From Phallusia mammillata (taxonomy: Eukaryota): 64,000 bases of DNA. Positions 1 through 9,545 of the stretch are shown piece by piece (positions within the stretch are counted from its first letter, which is position 1; each line of letters opens with the position of its first letter). The DNA lies in NCBI GenBank assembly GCA_965637545.1, contig OZ281498.1, forward strand, positions 8,556,001-8,620,000, in the 5' to 3' direction. Below the pieces are notes generated by a model that was not told the origin of the DNA, ran no database searches, and worked only from the letters and a program-made list of their open reading frames with translations. The position numbers and the translations under genes are program-made.

Positions 1-929
1 ACTTTACAACCATGACTTTTCGTTCCATGGGATTTATATGCTGCTTTTGCGACATATGGTATCGAGCGGTGTAACTTTACTGTTCCATGTGTTCTCATGA
101 TTCAGTAACTATTGGAAGCACATATTCAGTGTCGTTGGTACATGTTCCCGTCTTCCTGATATGTTCCAACAGCCTGATCATAAGACAGGCTGTTGCGTAA
201 ACCGGGTGTTTCGAAATAGTTGTGCAATCCATTGCAGTGCTGCATATCTTTGCAAGCGTTTAACTTAAAACAAACTAATAACTGATGTGAGTAAAAGAAG
301 GTACTGTTTTCCAATGATCGCACGAAAAACGAGTATCAGTTTAAAAGCCAATGTTTTATCGTTGATCTCTTCTCTTTTCCATCGTATCCTTTCCTTGAGA
401 TAAATGAGACTTGATGTGTGTTGCGTAACCAGAATAAAAGACAAGAACTAAATTGATCTTTTGTGGATCATGTCGGCTCTAAGCAGCAAGCGTTAAGAAT
501 CGTAATAATGAACTTACTCGCTACTGCAGACGACCGATACGAGCCACGAGAAGCAGAAGAAACAACGAGCTTTCAAGTAAACAATAACACAGCGCGCGCG
601 CACCCTCGCCCCCGTACATGCCTTAAATCAGTGTTCTTTTCAATTTTAACGAAAATACCAAGGAAACATGTTTGAAAACTCTGCGAACAGCGTATTTCGT
701 GCGAAAAAAATAGAAGAAATTCCTACAACTTTCACTGAGCGACTAAAAAATAATGCATTTTTTCGAAAACTTGCGACGCCGGTATAAATAAGTATTGGTT
801 CTGGGGAATTCCCTCAATACTTCGCTTCATGGCAAGTCTCTCAATTCGCTTTATTTCGTTTTTGCAATTTGCACTCGACAAAATTTTGTTCGCTCTTACC
901 TCGTTGAAGCGAGTGCAAAGAAAAATGAC

Positions 930-1170
930 TTACCTTACGACACGTTGCCCCAGTGTAAAGATTTGTACTGAACAAAGAATCGTTGCATTAAATCGACAAC
1001 GCTCGTGACCGAATTCGCGTCAAGCGAGTCATGACGTCACAAAGTCGAGTCACGAATCACCAAACCGTCTACTCACGAACCACTCGATCATGAAGCGAGT
1101 AGGAAGCCATTCTGACGCACTCGCTCAGTTTTCAGTTGGCCAGCATTGCTTTTTGCAATCGTTAAGCCAG
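930..1170. promoter_or_regulatory. Candidate bidirectional promoter with non-coding first exons
   Basis: CpG-richer island with a palindromic CRE TGACGTCA at 1032-1039. Plus-strand donor CCAG|GTAAGA at 1170/1171. Minus-strand tandem donors GTAAGGTAAGT at about 928-938, suggesting a divergent transcript running off the left end. Confidence 0.5.
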
Positions 1171-1506
1171 GTAAGAGTTTTTTCAGACCAGAGAGTTATA
1201 TATTTTTATTTGTTTGTTACTAAATAAGAGAGTTGTCAAATGGATTTAGCGTTTGTTTTGCATTTTATTTTATATTAATTACACTATGTTTTATTGACCT
1301 TAAGCAAGAAAATTAAACACTCTTTAAGATTCAAAAAACAGACAAATCTTTACATCAGCATTTGTCAACTAAAGTAGTCAAAGTAGCACAATAGTCCTGA
1401 CTGAGATTATACGTTTGTAAGTAATCATGTTTCACATTTTACAGACTACTGGTGGTACTGTACCAATTTACATTGCCTTGTGTCTTGGTTTTGGAGCATT
1501 GTTTGA

Positions 1507-3993
1507 ATGAAGGACCAAACTAACATGTTTTATTCAAATGACACAGATGACATAAATGGCAACATGATGATTGTAAATGATGTTTTGTGCTTCATTAATA
1601 ATCACATGTCGACAATCAGTGACAGATCAATAAGAAAGCTTTGCATGGAGACTTACACTCCATTTGCCATTGGCCAGGGACTGCAAGAGCTTCAAAATGC
1701 TTTGGCAAAGTTAGACAAAAATGCAGATTATTCAATAAGTAACAACACTATTACTGAAAATTGCATTGATAATATTATTTTTTTGCTGCGACAAGAGCCT
1801 TTGTCACAGGTTCAGATTGTTTCAAATGGCCGTCACTTTCCAAGGTTTGATGCATACAGTGATATGCTGCAAGTGTCGTCTTTGCTGGATGAAATGAAAG
1901 AGTTGAAGTACCTTGTAAAAGACATGCACACACAACTGAAATCTGAAATGACAACTGTTCAAACAGAACTTTTGTCACTGAAGCAGCAAATCCAATCAAA
2001 TACCAACATGGCTGTTGTGGACCAATCAGTGCCTACAGTTGCAAGCAAAGAATTGAACAAAGGTACGATATACAGCATATATTTAAAATAATTGTGAATT
2101 ATGTTTATATTTCAATCCGTAACCTGGTAATACACACACACAGTTACCTAATTTATTATATTTAAATGCTGATGTATATATATATATGAGAGTAAATAAA
2201 AATTTTGGCTAAATAGAAAAATTTGTTCAAAATGAGAATTGCACACAGTATTTTTTCGCCTTCTTGCTTTTGAGAAAACTTAATGAGTTATCTCAGAAAC
2301 CTTGCTTTTATAATATCGTTCAAACATTATTAACAGATAAAGCAGCCACCATTACTGTGACAAAAGCAAGCCAAAAAGCTAGGAGCCTTGACATGATTGT
2401 GCCCGCATTGCGTCAGAGAGTAGAAAAAAATGTTACAACTCAATCAACAACTGGTAGTCCTGATGCAGATGTGCAAGGTGAATGTGGTTGTCACAAAAAA
2501 TGTTTGTAAGAAAATGTATTTATTTTATAACAAGCTTTGTGCCAGTTCTGTCATTGACCCAGCTACTTTTTAGGACTTCGTATGTTTGTTGTATATATGT
2601 TTTTTACCTTTTTTCGGTTTTGGACATGTTTTTATGGATATCATTTTAACAACCAAACGTTGTCTCTATTTATTTTTTAACTGTTTTTTGTTTCAGAAAA
2701 GAATGTTTCTCCATTATTTATGTTGCCACTACCTGAAAGTGAAACGCTATCAAAACCAATTATATATTTGGACAAGGAAATTAAATCAGAAGAGATTGAA
2801 TTAACTAGTGATGGTAAAACTCACTTGGTTTTTCTTGTGTTTTAAATGTAGAAGTTATAAATGAAATTGTGCAACACTTAAACACCAATTCCATTTTCAG
2901 GGTGCTAAACAAATTGGTTTTAAACTGCTATTCTTACTTTTAAATTACTTTATTCTGTATCTGACAGATGCTGTACCAAGTAATGATGAGGACACAACCA
3001 ATATCTCAGTCTTGGTAGGTCAAACTTTGCATTGAAATAAAGCTAGATATGTAAACAGATATTGGTCGGCATTTTAGGACAATTCAATTGTGGATGATGA
3101 CATTGATTGTGTTTCAATGATTAAAGATAATGATGTACCATCTTTAACACTTGTAAGTATTTCTGTCAGTCTGCTATAGTTGTTTTTAGACCCACACATA
3201 GATTTTGATTAGACCGCAAAAAGTCTCTTTAACAATATTTTTATGCAAAAAATTTTTTTGGGCTGTTTCCCAAAAGTTTTTTGGCCAATTTACTGATTAG
3301 CATGGCAAGGTTTCTTCGTTTTAAGCTTGTTGTGACTCGTGTAAAGGGTAGCATTTTATTGTATTTCACATTCAAAGTGGTAAAAATGCTATTAAACGCA
3401 ATCAGCCTGTATCTTAATTACAAGGTAAAATTTAAGCTAAGCTCTGTGTGCAACCAACAGGCCATAACCAATCAGCTAAGAAAAAGGAATATCACACAAA
3501 TAGTTTAGCATTAAAGGGACAGTTTAAAATAATTAGTGTGAGTGCCAAAGCTCTAAACTAGTTTTTAATTAAATTACTTGCTGTTAGCTAGCTGTTAGCT
3601 ACTCATTTCACGAAGACGGGTTTGTTTTTCATGGGAAACATGAAAGTAAAAAAGAGTGAGATCTTATTGTATTTAATTTACTATCACCCAATTTTTTCAT
3701 GATTAAGCGTTTTTTGTTAACAGACCTATAAACGCGATATGACCACTAACTACAATCGGCGCCCCAGAGTAACGACGTTGATGTCACGGACGTCGACGAA
3801 ACGGGGTGTAAAGCACACGTGTCACATTTGCGGTTACCAGAGCAACCGTACTGACGTCACGCGTCACGTGAGGATTCACACCGGCGAAAAACCATATCCT
3901 TGCTCGGTTTGCGGAAAAAGATTCGCGTTGGGCAGTAATAAACTGAAACACGAAAGGAAGCATCATTTAAAAAAGGACCAGAAAAGGAAATGA
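1507..3993 (+). CDS. 401-aa protein: LINE(CR1/L2)-ORF1-like N-terminal domain, coiled coil, acidic linker, two C2H2 zinc fingers
   Basis: Six GT-AG coding exons with matching phases: 1507-2062, 2337-2477, 2697-2813, 2968-3014, 3078-3152, 3724-3993 (1206 nt, one open frame). C-terminus has [50 protein letters not shown]-terminal [13 protein letters not shown]...IRKLCMETY resembles the (V)NELLCF..NKM....I..LC..FY motif recalled from invertebrate CR1/L2 ORF1 proteins (not searched). Confidence 0.8.
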
Positions 3994-4000
3994 TCTGCGG

Positions 4001-4481
4001 CAAAGTCAAAAAACACAAGTTGTCCAACCTATTGTTACGCAATAAAGCCTATGTAGCCATTTTGTGTCCAAAATTATACTGTGGATAGAGAAAAATAACA
4101 CATAAATTGTCCGATTTTTACAAACTGGACAGCGTGGAGGCGAATTTGATTCACCAAATTGAATGAAAATTTCGGGTTCTAACATTTCAACGCAATATTA
4201 AAAGCTAAATTGTTGTTTTTCACGTAAATTTGGCTGCTTAATTTTCATGTAAACTTTAAATATTTGCGTTCAGCGTGCATTATCACGATTAAATGTTAGA
4301 ACCCAAAAGTTTTATTCAATTTTACCTATGAAATTTGCGTTAAATCCCACCAGTTTGTAAAAATCAGACAATTTATGTGTTTTTCCCTATACCTGCTGTA
4401 TTAATTTGGACACAAAATGGCGTCCATGCGGCTCTATCGCGTAACAATGGGTTGGACTACTTGTGTTTTATATATACTTTG
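4001..4481. mobile_element. hAT-type MITE / fold-back element, 481 bp
   Basis: Termini CAAAGT...ACTTTG, with long imperfect inverted arms covering most of the element (e.g. AAAACACAAGTTGTCCAACCTATTGTTACGC vs GCGTAACAATGGGTTGGACTACTTGTGTTTT). Perfect 8-bp TSD ATCTGCGG at 3993-4000 and 4482-4489. Confidence 0.85.
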
Positions 4482-5526
4482 ATCTGCGGGAAATATCGGT
4501 TACACACTTGTGTGTTATTTACCTATTTGTCGCAAAAAATGGCCACAGTGTTTAGTCGATCAGCCCTACAAGAATTCACTAGGTTTCAAAAAACGGTAAT
4601 TCACTTAACATTGTCCTGGTTGGCAATTGGAAAGTTGGAATGGTAATCTTTTAATGATGAAAAAAGTGGAAACGAGGTGTTTTTGGAAGATTGCTTTTTA
4701 AGCCCAAGTTTGCAACGGTTTGCCTGGGCATTGTTCGTTTGTTTCTTTTTCTTCAAGGTGAGGTTTGTACCAATCAAATGAATCCCCCTACTTAACTGCA
4801 ACGAGCAGTTGTTTTGTCAATTATTCAAATGTACCACGTTATATTCAACCATTTTCTGTCCTATGTGTATATCGTGCCCAGCGGAAGGTATCGCCTGTTA
4901 TTAGGTAATATGAACTACAATTGGAACAGTTGTGTAATGTAAAGCCTCTGTTCCTGTTTTGTTGGAACCGTTTCTTGAAGATCGATTTAAACATACTGCC
5001 AGCTATTTCTTTTACTTAAGACGATTGGAGCTTTTGTTGTTATTTCAGCGACACTCAAATAAACTGGTACAATTCGTCATAAAAACGAAAGGCAACCGAA
5101 CTTACAATAAAGCCTAACAACGGCCACAAAAACACCACATACAGGCATGAGCAACAATCGTGATAAGGTTTCAAAACTGTTAGTAATCTTTTGTATGAAA
5201 AAAGTCCACAATCCGGACTAAACATTGCTGCTGAATAAAAGAGATCAATGACGGAGTTCTTGTGCTTTTTGAGATTTTCTTGCAAAACAAATTAAATCAT
5301 TAGGGCAAAAAATTACTTCGATTAAAAACCAAGGTCAATTGAAGGATGTGACGCTCCCAGTCATTTGTTTTTAAAATAAAGTTTGATCAAAAAAAGTAAA
5401 ACAAAACTGTTGAGCTGCAAGTCATTCCTCTGTTGCAAGACTTACAACGTGTAAAAGTAAGAACGAAGATACAAAATCAGATCTTGTTAAATGTTTACCA
5501 GCAATCGTGATTCAGTCGTACTAATT

Positions 5527-8500
5527 TCAGTTTTCTAACACGACTCTTAAAATCTCTCTATCCACATCAGCTACTTCGCGGTCTGTGCTCCTCACAACGC
5601 AAGAACCAGGACTGGAATCCAACTGTTGCTTCACTACATCTTCTATTATAACGCTCTGCTCCATCACACAATACACCACTCGGCCTTGTAGCGAACTCTT
5701 CAGGACGGTTAAAATGTAACAGCCTTCCGGGCTACGGCAAAACGACTCTGTAAGAACAAGAATGATCCTGCGACTGGCTTGCATTTGCAGTAAAATCTGT
5801 TTGACTGGGACAGCGCCGCATTGGGCATCGCGTTCTATCACTGACACATTAGCTTCTCGTTCAGCTAGCATTGGCAGGAGGTGCAAATCCACCCAATCAG
5901 CGGCCGCCACTACACTCGTGTCGAAAGCAACAAACACATGAAATGCAAAACAGTCGTTTTGGCTGCTTACTGGCTGTTGTTCCAAAGGGCAAGCTTCTGG
6001 GTGGTGGTTTACGTCTTTTCTTACGTATCTGAGCAGTTTGTCTTTCCATGAGACAGATTTGAAGGTCACTGCGGCCATCATGAAGGTCACGAAAAACGCA
6101 AGGAACGTGCCAGATAGCTGAACTGGAAGCAAATACTGGCATGAGTTTCGCGTTGCAAAATGGATTAGGGTCGGAGTAGAGGAAGTCCTCTGTGAGCACA
6201 TTACACATCCTCCATAAAAAGATTCAACAGATGGATGACAACGAGGCAACATACCCGGATAGTCGTTTAACTGGAAATGTTTTGCGCTGAGCCAAGTGCC
6301 GAAGTTGTTATCAATGTTGCAGTGACAGTTGATAGGGTTGCCACGTATATCGAAATGTACGATGGACTTTAAGAAGGCTTTGGGAAACTCTGCTGGCTCC
6401 AGATTGAAAACGCGGTTATACCTGAGGTCCAGGAAACGCAGCTTTGGTGTCTGTTTGCTGAAAAAGTCCGGTGAAACGTGTGCTATCATGTTGTGAGACA
6501 AATCAAGTGTTGTTAGTGCTTGAAAGATTGTTTGCGTCCCACCCGTTGTGAGAATAGAAATCCGGTTTTGTGATAATATGATAGTCGTCAGGTTGACCAT
6601 TTTTTCTACAGCTTTGAAGGGCACTGCAGTGAGAGAGTTGTCCTTCAAGTCAAGATACGTAACAAATGCATTTGGGAAATCACACTTGAAAAAATATATT
6701 GAGCATGATTGTAATGTAATCGATTTAACATTAGGCAAGAAGTCCAAGAATGAAGTGATAAGTTCCGCCCCATCTCCAATTCGGTTTCTGGACAAATCTA
6801 TGAAGTACATATTGCTCAAATTTTGTGTCAACACACCAATAGGCGGCATCGTCATTCGATTCCCTACTGCACTTAAATTGAATTTCATGGTTGTGTTTTG
6901 TAGAAACTGGGGCTTTTTCAGTGCATTGGGATTTGGTATCATTAGGGTTTGCAGATACGGCAAAGTGGTGAACGCTGAGACGGATATTTTATAGAGATGT
7001 GTGCCTCTTAAATCGATCCGGCATAACAGTGGCATGGGCTTGAACGTATCAGATCTAATACGCTTGATGTAGTTGTGGGAAAGGTCAAGCCAACGAACCC
7101 AGCCAAAATAAGTGAAAATGGTGTTCTTCTTGAAATTCAAAGAGTTGAAACTGAGGTTTAGTTTCCAGTTGTCGTTGCAGATTTTACTTTGCTCTGGGGC
7201 CAATATCACCTTTGCGGCAATTGGCAACACTTTGAGCCGATTGAACGACATTTCAATTTTGTTCCAGCTCAACGCCAAAGAGCGCAAAACTGTTAAAGAC
7301 CGAAAAGCATCAATTGATACCCTGCGTATGTTAAGGCGTTGAAGATTAAGCGTACTTAACCGAGTCAGGTTTTCCAGTTGCCGAAAACTCCGCCAGTTAA
7401 CCGTTCTGTAACGGTAGTTTATGAGCTGAAAGTTGTAGTACATGTTTGCATTGCCAAGACGCAGTTCAGTGAGGTTAGTCAACTTGGAAAACGCCCTCCC
7501 TAGCTCCAACCGTTCACTACCACCATACCGATGGTCGCACTTGTATATCACCTCGCCAGAACCGCAGAACATGGTGTTAGATAAATCTAAGATTTTAACC
7601 GACTTAGGTAAAAACCCTGGATTGGTTATATTGGGTTGTAAACAATTGCCGGCCAGGATAAGTTCAATCAGTTGATGATTGCGATCGAAAATGTGGTCGT
7701 CTAAGTACGTGATGCGACAGTTCGATAGGTCTATGGTACTTAGCCTAGGAAGTTGGTCGAATATACCCTTTTCGACTACCAGGGGCTCTAGAAGTGAGAC
7801 GAAGTTTAAACGAAGTACCTGCAATTTCGGTGACAAATCGAAATCTTGTTTTCCGATATTGATGATATAATTTGACTCCAAATTAAGTACGGACAGATTA
7901 GATGTAAGAGCCTCTCGAGGGAAAGTACTAATGCCGTTCTTTTTAAGTGACAGAACTTTTAAAGTGGCGCTATTTTGGGCAAAAGCATTCTGTGGAACAT
8001 AAAACGAACTGCCTTGCCAAGAGTTGCTTCCAAGCAAGAGAACTGTCAAATGTTTCATTGACGATGTCACATCAATTCCAATTCCGGGTATATAGGTTTG
8101 TTCTGCATTTATATATCTTATAAGAGGGGGCAATCTATCGGGCAGTGCAAGCAGCCAAGTATTTCTAAGGCTAAGATACTCCAGTTCAGTCATTACTGAA
8201 AAAGCACCCTCGTCTACAGTCATTGTTACGTCACACAGCGGAAATTTCCCATTGTTTAGCCTCGCACAGTTGTTGTCCAGAAATAAGGCCTTGAGTTTCG
8301 CATATTTTGCAAAATCTCTGGCTGACAAAAACGTTATTTGGTTATGTCTAAGATCCATCACTTGTGTGCTAGCTGTTGCTGTCTGAGGCACTTGTGTTTG
8401 TCCTCGACGACTGCAATTCACATAGGTAAAAGTGTCATTTGGCAAATATCGCAAAATGTCCTTCTGAAAGTCAGCGTTTTCGTCATGTTCTAGCAAACCA

Positions 8501-8619
8501 TGAATCTTTACTGCAGACAGCATTGGATCACACGGGTTTTTAGCTGTAACTCCGTCGACTGGCTTACATAGGTTAAAAACTGTTATGAAAGAAATTACTG
8601 CAATAAGGCTAGCAGCCAT
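5527..8619 (-). CDS. TLR: Toll-like receptor (vertebrate-type, TLR7/8/9-like ectodomain), 1030 aa, single coding exon
   Basis: Signal peptide MAASLIAVISFITVFNLCKPVDG; many LxxLxLxxN repeats; LRR-CT GNPINCHC; transmembrane segment LPVQLSGTFLAFFVTFMMAAVTF; C-terminal TIR-like domain (FHVFVAFD...WVDLHLLPML...ERDAQCG...SRRIILVLTESF). Splice acceptor 20 nt upstream of the ATG (AG at 8641-8640). Confidence 0.93.
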   Translation of the reverse strand: MAASLIAVISFITVFNLCKPVDGVTAKNPCDPMLSAVKIHGLLEHDENADFQKDILRYLPNDTFTYVNCSRRGQTQVPQTATASTQVMDLRHNQITFLSARDFAKYAKLKALFLDNNCARLNNGKFPLCDVTMTVDEGAFSVMTELEYLSLRNTWLLALPDRLPPLIRYINAEQTYIPGIGIDVTSSMKHLTVLLLGSNSWQGSSFYVPQNAFAQNSATLKVLSLKKNGISTFPREALTSNLSVLNLESNYIINIGKQDFDLSPKLQVLRLNFVSLLEPLVVEKGIFDQLPRLSTIDLSNCRITYLDDHIFDRNHQLIELILAGNCLQPNITNPGFLPKSVKILDLSNTMFCGSGEVIYKCDHRYGGSERLELGRAFSKLTNLTELRLGNANMYYNFQLINYRYRTVNWRSFRQLENLTRLSTLNLQRLNIRRVSIDAFRSLTVLRSLALSWNKIEMSFNRLKVLPIAAKVILAPEQSKICNDNWKLNLSFNSLNFKKNTIFTYFGWVRWLDLSHNYIKRIRSDTFKPMPLLCRIDLRGTHLYKISVSAFTTLPYLQTLMIPNPNALKKPQFLQNTTMKFNLSAVGNRMTMPPIGVLTQNLSNMYFIDLSRNRIGDGAELITSFLDFLPNVKSITLQSCSIYFFKCDFPNAFVTYLDLKDNSLTAVPFKAVEKMVNLTTIILSQNRISILTTGGTQTIFQALTTLDLSHNMIAHVSPDFFSKQTPKLRFLDLRYNRVFNLEPAEFPKAFLKSIVHFDIRGNPINCHCNIDNNFGTWLSAKHFQLNDYPGMLPRCHPSVESFYGGCVMCSQRTSSTPTLIHFATRNSCQYLLPVQLSGTFLAFFVTFMMAAVTFKSVSWKDKLLRYVRKDVNHHPEACPLEQQPVSSQNDCFAFHVFVAFDTSVVAAADWVDLHLLPMLAEREANVSVIERDAQCGAVPVKQILLQMQASRRIILVLTESFCRSPEGCYILTVLKSSLQGRVVYCVMEQSVIIEDVVKQQLDSSPGSCVVRSTDREVADVDREILRVVLEN

Positions 8620-9545
8620 TTTTCGACTGTATGAAATGCCTGCAAAAATGGTATGGTGGCCTTTAAAAAGTTTTGCGAGTATTAATTTAACTGGCCGGTA
8701 CAGTAGTTCTGAACGGAGTTTCTTGCAAGCTAAGTGATGCCAACATCAGGCCTAAATTCCGGTAAAGCCAGATTTGAAAAATATAAACATGGGATATAGT
8801 AAAATGTATTTGTTAGCTAACCCCTTGAAGCTCAAGCATTTACTTGATACTGTATTAAAAAATTACATTATTATTTATTCTTGATTATTACCTTGTTCCT
8901 AGTACTGTTCTGTGTCTGAAACAGTTACACCACACTGCTTTTTTTCGTTCAACAAATCTTATTTGGTAGGCTAAATAGCTATATTCGTCTTAAAAGTAGA
9001 ACTGTTATTCTATCACTTACATATATAGAAGCAAGGTTTAACTTTATAAACACGATAAACTCCGCTAGACTGATATCTTGTGTAGAAGGAAGTATCCCAC
9101 TCTATTCTTGAGGCAAAGTGTTTGTCCGTTCATTGTGTTGCTATATATTCTACCCAGACCGTGTATGGGTTTCAGTTTTGGAATTATTAGCCCATTGTTG
9201 TTCCTAGTTTGGACACTGTGCCTCGGTTTGCTTGCAAATGAATCAACTTTTGGCAACGTGCGTTGTTACTGTAGCCAGCAACAAGTACGAAAATTTATTT
9301 TTCAAACAAAAGCTCCGAAGAAAGCCAATGAAAAATATCACGAAGTCTAAAAAACCTCTAATAAAAACTCAAAACTAAAACTCTGTTTTTCAATCACGTG
9401 TTGTCACTAACGAAATGGAAATAAATAGTTCAATCATATTGCACAGTTAAAAACCAAATGCATTGACACGAGCTGTGCAACTGTTTTTGCCTTTGAACTT
9501 AATGTAAGTATAGGCAACATATCCGCAATATGACCAACCAATCAG

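Noticed and set aside
126-323. 65-aa minus-strand ORF as a gene
   Set aside because: No frame stays open to the window edge with recognisable content; it may be UTR of a gene lying outside the window.
6548-7870. Plus-strand ORFs overlapping the TLR
   Set aside because: Antisense shadows of the long TLR reading frame.
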